From the human T2T-CHM13v2.0 reference genome, Homo sapiens, in the NCBI RefSeq assembly GCF_009914755.1, contig NC_060928.1: 64,000 nucleotides of DNA. One strand, 5' to 3'. Numbering within the stretch: position 1 is the first letter of the stretch; every line of letters starts with the position of its first letter. The notes under the pieces are model-generated. The model made no database searches and had not been told where the DNA came from. It saw only the letters and a program-made list of their open reading frames with translations. The translations under genes were made by a program, and so were the position numbers. Positions 1-14,300 of the stretch are shown one piece after another.

Positions 1-999
1 ATAAGCCAAATTGGGCCCTCTTTTAATATGTCAGAGTTGACTGAATATCAGTCTGATAAACACAGTTGGTTTCATAAATCCTCATGGTAGTTAAAGCATT
101 TTATCACAGCTTATTAGACTGTGATAAAATGAATAGTTCAGTAGATGTCCTCATATATTCTGGAAATTACCAGCACCCATTTATATGGAACCTGTACTAC
201 CAGTTTTAATTAACTGAAATCATCTGCTTGGAATTATGCTCTCAATTTAGCTCACATTTCAATCTCCATAAATTCTTTCTCAGCACTTCACTCTGTAGAA
301 TGCAAATGGGTCCTGTGCCAATCCCCAGGAATGTCTAATGGCACCAAGCAATGGCACATTGTAGAGCATTCAGCAATCTTACAGCATCGAGGAATGTTAT
401 ATTAAACTAGCTTTCTTATGTTGATTTAACCTGAAAAACAAACAAAATTTTCCATTACACTGAAGTTGTCACCTCTTGTTGCTAGAACAATATTAATATT
501 TGAATCAAAGATGGTTGACTTGATCATATGTCCTCATAAACTATTATTTTGTGTATTATATTAAGAAAATACAATTTCTCATCTAAGGAATGAGAAATAT
601 GTAAAATAATATTTGATTATTTCCCCTAAAATTGTGAGTAAAATTGATAGTATTCTATTTAAAATACTATTGAATGTTTTTCTACAATACAGTATCTGAT
701 GCATTTATCTAAAATAAAATGGTATTATTAATGTATCAAATTTTGGTTATACTAACATTCTTTACCATCCCTTTTCTTATTACCCTTCTTTTAAAAATCA
801 GAAATGAGATATTATTAAATCTGAACAACATTTAAGATGTTGATATATGAAAGAATATGAAATAAACATGTAATACTGTATAGACAAATAATGAGTATCA
901 TCTGTGAGTTCAAAAAAAAATGGAGTGTAGCTAGCTTTGAGAGGAATAAACTGGGGTGAAGTGAGCCAGGATGCTAGAAGTGTTAAAAAGAAAAACACT

Positions 1000-1327
<328 letters not shown>

Positions 1328-2059
1328 TTACAACTGATGACGAGTTAATTATTTGCTTCTCTCTTTACTGCATGCTATCTACCAGTTTTGCAATGAAATA
1401 TGTGCTTATAAGGTGTTGCTGCCTTAATTTTGCAGACAGACTGAAAAAGCCAGAGTTTTATTGGCTTCTATCTGACTTGTCTCTGCATTAATATTATCTA
1501 GCTCTTTTGGGACTATCGTCATTCCATGGATAGTTCTCTGCAAACAGTAGGTGCTTAATAAATATTATTGGCTACCTATGTAATTAAATTGGTAGTACAT
1601 ACTCCTTTTTCTTGTGCTTCTTGGCAAACAGACTAAAAGAATACAATGAGCTAATCAGCATCACATGAGTGAGCACAGACAGTGTTTAATTCAGTAAAAT
1701 GTTCTTTCCAAATAGTTCTGTATTTCCTTGAATTGAGTCTCTTTCCATGAACAGGCAGAGTGAGTAAGATGCTCTCTGGGAATAAAGTGTTCATCCATGT
1801 GATGAAAATTAACTCCTTCAGAGCACCAGGGAGTTAATGGTAAATTATTTCTTCTATGGTACCAAAATGAATCAAATTACCAATTAATCATTTCCCAGGG
1901 TATGCCAAAGTACAAGCAGCATTGATAGTCTGTGCCTTCTTACTAGCTTGCCATCCTGCAAGACCTCATGAGTCCTTCCCCTCCCGTTTGTTCTTTGGTT
2001 TTCTCCATCCAAACCAGATTTTAGACATGTGTGTGAAAGGAAGGGCATGAATATCTCTT

Positions 2060-3025
2060 GGGTAAATGAATTGACCTGTAATAGCAGTTGTTGCCTACTC
2101 AACAACATTTATGTCCACCATGCTGGGAGAGTCCTGATTTTCTTCCAATCTCAAAATCTTTCCCAAGTGACTAAGATAACCTGATGACTTGTAGCCAGCC
2201 ATGGTGGTCTCCTTCCCCTTCTGACAGATTGGGTTAGGTGTGGCTCGGTGACTCAGTATGATCTACAGAATATGAGGAAAACTCTCTTGTGGTTAGTCCT
2301 TGGTAAAATTTCAATCACTGGTAAAGCAGGATAAAGATATAAACAACCTTTCTTCTACCATAGAATGTTTGTATCTCCAACTGCGGTAGCCATGTTGCCA
2401 CCCAGAGAGGAAACAGCCTTGAAATGAGGCTGAGACTAAGGGCCATAGAATAGAGATATGGAAGAAAATCTGTCCTTGAAGACATTGTTGAGCCCTCTGA
2501 TGGTGTCAATTCCTACCTCTAAGCCAGCGCTCCCCAACCTTTTTGGCACCAGGGATTGGTTTAGTATAAGACAATTTCTCCATGGATGTGGGTGAGGATA
2601 TGGTGGGGCACGGGGTGGGGGGGGTTTAGTTACCGGGGATGGCTTTGGGATGAAACTGTCCCACCTCAGATCATCATTCTCATAAGGAGCGTGCAACCTA
2701 GATCCCTCACATGTGCAGTTCAAAATAGCATTCGTGCTTCTATGAGAATCTAATGTCCCGCGGATCTGACAGGAGGCGGAGCTCAGGAGGTAATGGTGGC
2801 TCACTAGCCGCTCACCTCCTGCCGTGCTGCCGGGTTTCTAAGAGGCCACGCACTGGACTGATACTGGTCTGCAGCCAGGGATTTGAGGACCCCTGCTGTA
2901 AGCCACAACTTTAGTAAGAGGAGTAAATGGAAAAATGAGGAAACTTCTGAAATATTTTAGAAATAAAATATTCTGTATTGCTTATACCAGCTGAGATAGT
3001 GTTGTCTGCTAATTGTAGGCAAATG
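2060..3025 (+). mobile_element. Old MaLR LTR (MLT1-type), split by MER1B
   Basis: MLT1-like motifs (GTAGCCATGTTGCCACCCAGAGAGG...AATGAGGC...GACATTGTTGAGCCCTCTGAT) on the left of the MER1B and an LTR-like tail on the right. Boundaries approximate. Confidence 0.5.
2525..2895. mobile_element. MER1B-like hAT-Charlie non-autonomous DNA transposon
   Basis: Terminal inverted repeats CAGCGCTCCCCAACC / GATTTGAGGACCCCTG, 8 bp TSD CTCTAAGC / CTGTAAGC, internal GGAGCGTGCAACCTAGATCCCTC typical of MER1. Confidence 0.9.
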
Positions 3026-4884
3026 AAACACTTCCTCTGGACCTATCTTAAACCACAGGGCATAGATATGTGTTTTGATGGGATCTGGGAAAGACTCTAG
3101 AAATGATCGCTTCTGTCAAAACAAGTTCCTAAACACAGACTGGGTCCTGGTCTCAAGATATTCAGCAAAGAAGGCATTTCTTACCATTCTACACTCACCA
3201 ACACACCATTGCAGAAAAATATTTAAATTATCTCTTTATTGATAATTGTTACATATTCCTGAGTGAAATCAACGTTACTCTTCTTACAAACTAAAATATA
3301 TTTATTTCTAGAGCTTTGAAAGATTTAGGAGGAAACTCAAGATCCCCATTTCTAGGAGGAAACTTTGTAATAGCAAAGTATAGCCAATATTTTGATTAGG
3401 CTTTATCCTAAGAAAAGAACTGCTATGTGCACAGAATCTTCCTTAGAATGGGGGACTTCACAAAGAAACAATGACTTTGTTGCAACTAGTTTAAAATAAT
3501 GTAAAAACTAGATGACCTACTCCAAGATAAGCACACATATTCATAAATGTAAACTTACCAGGAATAAAGAAGGGGGTCGGAGTTTGGAGGGTATACAAGA
3601 AAGGAAAAAAATATAAAGGGGTGCCGCTGTGTAGAAAGCATTTTATATTTCAATAGCACCTTAAAAATAATGTGTACTCTGGATTCTTATTACAAATCAA
3701 TTTTTTTATATAAGTGGTCCCACAACTAAATATTAAAAAATAGTAATGTCATGATGACATTTCAGATGGAAGAAAAGCACATTACATTGTCCTAAAAATA
3801 ATAAAACATATTTATCTGAACATCTGGTCATTTCAGCTGAAAAATCTAAAGAGTCTGCACAGTGTCTTCTTACATTAAAAGTCACAGACAAATAGTGGTT
3901 GAGAAAAAAAGAATCACTTGTGTGCTTTTACAATGTTAGACTTATTTAGATAATTAATTTATATTAGTTGACACTTATGAATGTTTTTAGTTCTCAGTAA
4001 TGCCAAGTGAATGGCCCAATAGGTTGCTCACTAGCTAGAATACTGTTAACCTTGACTTCAAAATGGAATGACATTCACAGCCTACTTTTATCTATCGGTA
4101 AAATAATAATAATAATGTTGTGTTCTTTCCTTAAGACAATCCCATCTTTCATTGCTCCTGGCTGTGTGAAATACTGTTATAGTTGAAAGAGAATTTGCAT
4201 AATACTTTTGAAAGGCTTAATAGCTATCATAATTTTAATCTATATGAAATGTTTATACTATATAAAAAGCTGAAGTTTTTTATTGTGAGAGAGGATTATT
4301 AAGGCATATCATCTAATCAAGAGAATGGTAGTAATAAATGTGTAGGTGACTCTTGAGGGTTTATATTTCACAAATAGGCTTGAGATATTTCTGTACTGAA
4401 TTGGCCAATGACTCCCTTTGGAAAAGAAGTGTTTAGGAAATGAAGTCCCTTTATAATGGTTTATCTTAAAATTGTTTTGCTGTCCTCAGTGTGATACCTG
4501 CTCTAGTCTTAGAGATTCTAACTCACGTTGTATAAAAAGATCTCTGTAGAAAATATTGCTTTCTCTTTTTATCCTGCTTTTGATCTGGCAGAACCCTTTT
4601 CTCATCCCAGAGTTCTAGATAACTAGGGTCAAAAGGCAAAGTGGAGATTCTGCTGGAATAATTTGCTTGGCATTATATAAATCCATAATCTGTAACATCA
4701 CTCTCCCATGATATGTCATATAATGAGTTTGGTAATTTGACACTTATCATGATAATTAATAAAATCATTTTTATGGGAAGAACTAATTATCTCTTTCAAT
4801 AATTTATGTATTAGATTTTTCTGAGTGTCTTCTCTCCAGATCTAGCTACATCCAAAACAAAATCTTGTATCTGCATCTAGAAGA

Positions 4885-5020
4885 AACTTCATTAGCTAAT
4901 TGTGTAAACTTTCTGTTCTTGGCCTTAGTTTCTTTGTATATAAAATGAACATAATATTAATGACACAGAATTATTGCAAGGATTACATGAATTGATGTAT
5001 ATGAAAATGACTAGCATATT
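4885..5020 (+). mobile_element. MIR fragment
   Basis: CCTTAGTTTCTTTGTATATAAAATG...AGGATTACATGAATTGATGTATATGAAAATGACTAGCA matches the MIR core. Confidence 0.6.
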
Positions 5021-5583
5021 ATATACATCTCTATTTCTATATTATCTATTTATTGGCTATATTAGTAATGTTTCTTCTAAAATGATGCAATATTCTTAAA
5101 TATTTGATAAATCAACTTTATTTTCTCATCCAAAATGAGTTCCTTTAATTTTAAGCATCAGTGAAAATGATATCTTTTCCATTGTCTAATTGCCCCAGAA
5201 CTTTCTATAAAAATTAATGAATAAATCATTACATATCGACATGTACCTATATATGCATTTATTGTTTTAAATAAAATTAATAGTTTGAAAACAACTTTTT
5301 AAGAAAGAAATTTAAGCATCTTCAACAGCATTTGCTATTTTTAGCTTTACCCACAAAATGATTCCACAGCTATTGTGCACCGATTCTAGAGTATCAAATT
5401 TTGTGAGCAACTGTGTTTGCAGTCAGTATGTAGAAAATGCCAAGTTGGAATTCTATATTATACATGTGAAATTTATCATTTACCAACACATGAAAGTGTG
5501 CAGAATCTAATGACAAAGAATATAGAAGGTCTACAAATTATATGAAAAATAAAATGCTTCGGTAGCCCTACGTGCTTGGCACA

Positions 5584-5665
5584 TGATTTGTAAGAAATAT
5601 TCTTTTTTTGAATTCTGAAATTTTAGTGCAATCGTTACCCAAGTTGATTTGTAAGAAATATTCTT
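5584..5665 (-). mobile_element. Micro-retroinsertion (~40 bp, L1 3'UTR-like) flanked by a 21 bp TSD
   Basis: Perfect direct repeat TGATTTGTAAGAAATATTCTT at 5584-5604 and 5645-5665. The insert on the minus strand reads ACTTGGGTAACGATTGCACTAAAATTTCAGAATTC plus an A-run. Confidence 0.65.
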
Positions 5666-6837
5666 GATTCATGATAAATCAGTGAAGGGACATGTTTCCT
5701 ATCCAATGCTATAGAAGTTTATACTTGAGTTACCTTAATAGGTTTTTATAATTAGGATTACATAAATTGATGTATGTGAAAGTGACTAGCACATTTTATA
5801 AAGGTAGATAGATCTCTATCTCTGTTATCTATCTATTGACTATATTAGTAATGTTTCTGCTAAAGTGATGCAATATTCTTAATTTTTATGGGAGTGGGGA
5901 TATTTTATACTCCTTTACCTTTGCTTTTTTTTTCTTTTTGCTTTTTCAGATACTTTGTCACATGTTTTATGGAGGTTTTGATTCTTTATAGAGATACTAC
6001 TTAGGCATTTTTAATACAAAGTTTAGTTAAGACTTTAAATGCATTAACATAAGAAGTTCCAAATCTACTTGCTCTAGGCCTTGTAGATTATTTCTGTTTC
6101 TTCTGTTTTTTTTTTTTTGTATTTTGCACCATTAACACAAATGTTGCCATAAGAGGATATTATACATAGCATATCACCCATTTTAATGAATGTATTATGT
6201 GTTTATTTGAAATGAAGCTCTTCTTATTTCCAGTCCTATGTTATGATGCCACTGTGAAGCAACAGCAGTATTTCACTTGAGATAAGCCTTCACTTCAAAG
6301 AGAGTTGAAGTGATTTCTGAAAACATTACTTGTTGGGTCATGGGAGACACGGTACTGTGTAAATAAAATAAAATTACATAACATGTAATAACTTCAGGAG
6401 ATAAGCTAATTTTATTGTAATGTATAGAATAATGTCTGCATATAAAATATAGAATCTATTCAATCATTTGGGCCTCAAAAATCCTTCATGTTTTATAAAA
6501 ATAACTCATTTGCTATATACTGTACAATCATAGTATATAAATATGATTTAAAAGTTAATTTCAAGGACTTACCAGTCTTGCTAGCATTGTTCTCATTGGC
6601 CAGGACAGTGCCTGGAACATAGTATCATTTTATTAACATTTTTGAATGAATGTATAACTAAACTATCACATCATTATTCAGGGATATACATTTAGGACAA
6701 AAGGGAATGTTTTCAGATTGAAGTTGCCTACATGAACATGTCTATTTGCCAAATGAATCTGCTAATTGTCTAAACAGAGACAATTAGGGCATGCCATGCT
6801 TTTTCCCTAATAGAATCTTCCTGCATTCACCTAGAAA

Positions 6838-7325
6838 GAAGCTCTCAAACTTTAGTCTGTGTGAAAGTTACTTGGATGTCTATTGAATCACATACTTTTA
6901 ACTGTAAATGGTTTTAGTAAAAACAAAATGAATACCTGTTTATCCATGCCCGGCTTAAGGGCAGAACATGACATCCAGGGCCCTCTGTATTCATCCCTGT
7001 GGTATCATGCTCTCTCCCTACCAGATGTGACCACTTTCTAGAGCTCTGTTTCGGTCATCCCACAGATTTTCCTTTTGGTGTATCTAACATGAATGTATAT
7101 AATAGATAATTAATATTTATTGGAATAAGTAAACAAGTGTGTATGTATCCATTAATGCTTAGACTTCCTGGTTTTGACCTCTATACAAATAGAAGGGATT
7201 AATTTTAAACATAGATTTCAGGACCCACCCCCATATATTCTGCTTAGTTAGGTGTGGGATGATGCTCAGGAATCTGCCTTCTTCAGGGGATTCCGAAGTA
7301 GGTGGGCTCTGGGCCACACTAACAA
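6838..7325. mobile_element. MER5-type DNA transposon interrupted by an old L1M fragment
   Basis: CTCTCAAACTTTAG...ACTTGG start and GGACCCACCCC...GTGGGATGATGCTCAGGAATCTGC...GGCCACACT end. Intervening L1M-like antisense sequence at ~6900-7190. Confidence 0.55.
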
Positions 7326-7449
7326 ATACCACATCAATTAATCTGTGTATTTATTTGTAGGCATAGAGTTAGAAAGAGATAATGATAGGAAAGCGGACAT
7401 GGATCATTGCAGACAGGGACATCAGTCTTTTATCTTGTTTAACAAAGAC

Positions 7450-7720
7450 TGCCAGTTTGGAAGACTTTGGTTTACAGTGGTTAAAATACAGGCTACATGC
7501 CATACTGCCTTGGTTAAAGTTCAGGCTATGGCACATATTGGCTCTAAAACCTTGGACAAATTATTTGACCTACATAGGTCTCAGGGGTGTGTGTGTGTGT
7601 GTGTTTTTTTTAGCTGAATGAATATAATCCCAGAATCTACCTTACAAGGATGTCATAGGATTTGTTTATATATGTGAAGTGTTTAGAAAATTCTCTAGTA
7701 CATGGTAAGCACTGAGTTAT
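7450..7720 (+). mobile_element. MIR with a small internal (TG)n
   Basis: CAGTGGTTAAAATACAGGCT...ACCTTGGACAAATTATTTGACCT...GTGAAGTGTTTAGAA...ACATGGTAAGCACT. Confidence 0.7.
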
Positions 7721-8512
7721 ATTATCACTACTTTCTCAGATGCTGCTTTGCTAATTGCTTCTAAATACTTTATTTGTGTAGTTTGACCTTTTTAAAAATG
7801 TATTTTTCTATTACTATTGTAGGTAGCTTAATTTTCATTTTATAAGTATAGTACTTTTACCTAATGGCTATAAATTGACATTTTCACATGTTACTTTTAA
7901 TGACAATAGGAATGTCAGTGCAAAAGGGACATTCTTAATGCTCTTTCACACTCTAAACATGCCAGGACTGGAACAGAATTTGCTATTAAGACCCAAACCT
8001 ACTCTAACATCTCGCTGACTTTAATATGCCTGCCCTGTTTCCTTTACTCTTTTCTATTTCATGAAAAGGAAAAAAAAAAAAGCAGCCACAATGACAACCT
8101 CTAAGAATGAATTCACATATTTGTTACCTTTATAGGTTCTTGGTGATTCTATGTGAGAGCAGTTGGAAATTAAAAACCATGGTCTCCAATATATGGTTTG
8201 CCCCCACTCACGCTTTTCACATGGACCATGCTGTGAGCTCTGAAGGCAGCCAATTACCAGCTTTAATAAACTGGTGGACACATTCAAATTTTTTCATTAA
8301 AACCCATGGAAAGTACACAATAAATGATTGGAAATTGCCTTTTAAACTAAAGTTTCCACCTTAATTCTATAGTTACAATGATTTAATAAATATCCATATC
8401 AAGACACTATGCTGGGTTTTGGGTATTTAATAGTGATGAAAACAGATCATGGTCCTCCACTCATAGATCTTACAATCTGTTGTTCAGGAAGTGAGTTGGC
8501 AGACAAACATAA

Positions 8513-8921
<409 letters not shown>

Positions 8922-9654
8922 CATTTTTTTCTTTTTTTAACAGGATTTTTCAGGTATTATACAGTTGTAACATGCAATACCAGTAACTGTGGACTCAATT
9001 AAGCTTAACTCAGAATAACGAATATAACCGTTTTCTCCAGTTCTGTTTTCTCAAACAAACCAGCTCACACTGAAAATTTCAGAATCTGGAAGGATGAGGC
9101 TAACTCAACATCCTTGCTAAGTTCCAGTTAAAGCTTTAATAGTATTTGGTCATCAGAGATTTTTATTTTAGTATAGTTCATTTGTACTGGAATATAGGAG
9201 AGAATTAGTATTAATAGAATGTAGGGTAAAACGTAGTGGCAGTAGAAATGAGGTTGTAACGTTTGGTTAGAAGCAAATGTCAGGGAGGGAGAAATCAATG
9301 AATTTCAGACCAACCAAGGAATATGGATTTTGATAATCTTTGAAGGTTTTTAAAGAAAACAGCAATATTTGTCAGGATTGAACTTAAGGGAGGTATAGCT
9401 GCAGTGAACTATAGAATGAATGGTCTCCTCAAATATACTATTTCATCTTAAAAAAGCAGTTAAGAACAACCATGCACTTTAAGACTAGTCTGTTTTGATC
9501 TATCATTGCCCTCTTCCCATTCCCCATTGTAAGAATCAATGTCTGGGCCAAGTCATGTGATTCCCACATAAATGAAAATCTTATTTATTCTTTAAATCAG
9601 TATATATCAGTATAATTATAGACTCAGAATGGGTAGACAACATCTATTGGTGGA

Positions 9655-9970
9655 TGTGTTCATTAACTTATTCAACACCTGCTTATTTATTGAGTTTTTA
9701 CTCTGTATAGTGTCACCATTCTAGACCCTGGTATGTAGAAGAAATTAAAACATGAAAATCTCTGCCCTTAAGGAACAAATATTCTCATGGGGAAAGAAAA
9801 GCCAGTGGATAAAATATATGTGTGAATTACACACTGTATTAAAGATGATAATTAGTGTTATTTGGAAATATGAGATGGGGAAGCTCAATATGTAATGTTA
9901 GAGTAGTAGTGATGGGAAGCTACTATTTTAAAAAGGGGAGAGGATAGATAAAAAGACCTTGCTGAGATCA
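9655..9970 (-). mobile_element. L2 3' fragment
   Basis: TTCATT...TTTATTGAGTTTTTACTC...CTCTGCCCTTAAGGAAC, the typical antisense L2 tail. Confidence 0.5.
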
Positions 9971-11476
9971 AATTATCATAGTAAATGGGATAAAATGGGG
10001 ATATATTCCCCCCCATACATACCCACATGTACCTGAATATACTCGTTTAACATTTTAAAATAATTTGACAGAAGCTACATACCTATCGTCTTGCCATTAG
10101 AAATAAGCAAATCAGACATTTCCTTCTTTATAAATGACATCATTACACTATCAGAAGTCAGAATGTTTCTTAAGCAGCCAAACAAGTTGGACGTAACTCC
10201 CAGAGACTATCAACTCTGGAGCAGCTAGAATAAAACTAAATTTGCATTTGGTGTAGCATAACTGTACATGAGCCACGGTAAATAATTTCATCAAGAGTCT
10301 TTCAGGAGTACATTTTGTAGCTCATGGGCTCAAAACAAGGCAGTGAAACTCACAGTCATACATTCTAGAGAAGCCAATTGAGATTTACCTCTTCCAAAAA
10401 TGATCTAAGCCAGAGTCTTCCCAACTGTATGGTGCAAATCTCTGTGGGAGTAAATCTTGGTACGTAGATAAATAGCCTGCCTGTTCTCTTGTTCATGGCA
10501 CATTTCCCTAATAAGTCTGACTGGGTTTTTTTTGTTTGTTTGTTTTGCCACAGAATTCTGAAACTGCCTCAAAATTCTTCTTAAGTTGGCCTCCTGGGGA
10601 GTCAATACCAGTCTAGCTGATATGGCTTTTAAGATAAAAATAGAGAAAAGTCTTCAGCTGATGGAAATTAAAAGCTCTTTTTAAAAATTGGTTCTACCCA
10701 TAGGTCCCCTACTGTTCACCTCCACGTGGACAGGGGATGATCCTCCAAGTGGGCAAAAATATAATTCAACTCCTTAATTTCCATAACAGACTGTAACCTT
10801 GCTGCCAGACCATCTGGTAGATTTTCAGTCATCAACATAGAATATGTATGTGCCGGGCACTTGTCTGAGAGCTCAATCTTGAAATGACTATTTTATTTAG
10901 CTCCAGGCAAAATATGGTTGAGGCAAGTGCTTCTCATAAATATCCACCTAAAAAAACATGGTACCAGTTCATTTCTGTAGGTAGGTTCAAGTTAGAGCAC
11001 TAGAAAACAATACACATGGGCTTACTTCTCCTTAGCAGTGATTTGTAGCAGTTGATTCTCTCATCAGCTTTCCAATTTTACCAATATAAGCAGTAGCTGA
11101 AGGACAGCACTTTCTGCATTTTCTGCAGATATAGAGACATTGTTATTCAGTGTCTTTTTCATGTGATAAATTATGTCTATGTTTAAAACCAGTAAATGTT
11201 TATTTTCCCTGAAAGCAAATTATTTTCCTTTCAGATGACAAGAAGCTATATTGTTTCAGTTTGCTTCTTACCTTTAAATTTAATTTTCAGTTTCAGTAAA
11301 AATCTCCATATTTTGTAATTTAGCTCTCATCTTTCCTGCTGGCTATTGTCTATACTGATTTTGATCCTTTAGAAATACTGTGTGAAGAACATTAGTTTAA
11401 TTCATACATCTCCAGTATATATAGAAGTAGGCATATGTATATTAGAAATTAGTAAATCAATACAGACTTGACTTTG

Positions 11477-11915
11477 TGGATACCCCTAATGGATACCACG
11501 GTGCTCAACCTCCATTCTCTTCTCCAGGCTACTCTAGCCATATCCAGCTGTTAACAATATAGGCTGCTGCCAGCTCTCAGCTCCATCTCTCATTGAGGAT
11601 TGCCCTCAGTATCAGGAAACTGCCTCACCTATGTCCATGTCCTTCCTAAGGAGGACTCATGGTCAGTCACGAGCTGCTGCAAGGATGTAAAGGCTCCACC
11701 ATTCATTTCAATTAGGAATGAATGGAAGTTCTAAAGGGCCATTCTAGCACCAGATCTCCCTGCAATCAAATCTCACTTGCAATCACATTGTAGATAAGCT
11801 TTTCCCTCTGCTTAGTCTTGCCCTTCTGGCTTCGTGAAGGTCAACCTTCCAAGAGCACCTTCTGCACAAAAGTCCCCATTTCAGAGTCTGTTTTCAGGAA
11901 ACCTGATTTATGTCA
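11477..11915 (+). mobile_element. ERVL solo LTR (LTR16-like)
   Basis: TG...CA ends, GAGGATTGCCCTCAG...GGAAACTGCCTCACC, terminal TGCACAAAAGTCCCCATTTCAGAGTCTGTTTTCAGGAAACCTG. Confidence 0.7.
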
Positions 11916-12665
11916 GCATCTCAGTTTCTTTTTTTTTTGTTTAGATAGGAACAGCATTTTCTAGACAATAACAAGTCTAAACACAATGTTGATGAATTAA
12001 TTCAGATAGTGAATGATATTACTTGTATTACTTTTTCTAATACAGCATATTGTTTTACCAAATAGTACTGTGGACTCATTAAATTAGTTTAAGCTACCTA
12101 TTATGTATCCTTTCAATTACTTTTTCAAAGCAGTTTTTCAGAGTTTGGATAGGATGTAAGCAGATATATTAGACATCATTGTTTTCATTTTGTTTACTTT
12201 GGTTAGGCCTTCAAAGCTAGTCTACAAATCTCTATGACTGGCTGCTCAGTATAATTAAAGAAAAGAAGATTTTCTGAACATACATAAAATTCTTATGTAA
12301 GTAAATAAAATGTATATGTCATAGCAATATATTTATCTTTGAAGCAGAAAAACTGATTGTAAATTTAAGAAATTACACTTCTGCTTATATTACTAGTCCC
12401 AAAGCAATCTTTCCATTGACACCTTAATCATTAGTTAATGTTTTCAACTGATGAGTGAAGTTATTCCTCCTAAATGGACTTTGCATGTTTTAGTGAAGTG
12501 TAGCATTAAGCAAATGTATCTAAAATTAAAAAAAGTTTCTATAGCCCATCATAAGTTATGCTATTCCTACCATTCGCTTTGAGAAAATTTTAAGAAGAAT
12601 GTAGTTTTAAGTCTTTAAATTTAAAGATGTTATATATGTACATATTTTTAAAATTATAAATATCA

Positions 12666-12962
12666 GACTGGGTGCAGTGGCTCACATCCCTAACCCCAGC
12701 ACTTTGGAAGGCTTAGAGGAAAGGATCAGTTGAGGCCAGGAGTTTGAGACCAGCCTGTGGAACATAATGAGACCCCCACCTCCACAAAAAAATAAAGAAA
12801 TTAGCCAGGTACCGTGGCACACACTTGTGGTCTCAGCTACTCAGGAGGCAAAGGCGGGAGGATCACTTGAGCCCAGGAGTTTGAGGCAGTGGTGAACTAT
12901 GATGGTGCCACTGCACTCCAGCCTGGGTGACAAAGCAAGATCCTGTCAAAAAAAGAAAAAAA
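12666..12962 (+). mobile_element. AluJ
   Basis: Diverged dimeric Alu with GGATCAGTTGAGGCCAGGAGTTTGAG and GGAGGATCACTTGAGCCCAGGAG (J diagnostics), A tail. Confidence 0.92.
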
Positions 12963-13349
12963 GATATTCGATAAGAGTTTACTTGTCAACCTTAAAAGTT
13001 TCCCTTTAAACAGTAACAACATTGTTGATAAATATTTACCAGTTGGGCAAAATTGGTAAAATCCTACTTACATAATTTCATCTGAGAAATAATCATTAAA
13101 ATAAATTTAAATGTGAAAGACATTCTTTAATTATTACATTAAATATTTATCTTTATTATTTATCCATATATGTCAGGTTGTTAACAACTTCAATATGCTT
13201 CAGAATATTATGTAATATATTTAAACAATTATATTATTTTTCCTGTTTTTATTAGACAATTAATTTATATCCCTTATAGACACAATAGCAAATGAAGATA
13301 ACACTTTTCTAATGAACTATCCTAAAATGTAATTATTTTACGCATAATT

Positions 13350-14300
<951 letters not shown>

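Noticed and set aside
3745-3761. Palindrome AATGTCAT-G-ATGACATT
   Set aside because: 8 bp AT-rich arms are expected by chance in 64 kb.
5584-5665. Repeat-spacer-repeat pattern like a CRISPR unit
   Set aside because: Only two repeats, eukaryotic context and no cas genes. A target-site duplication explains it better.
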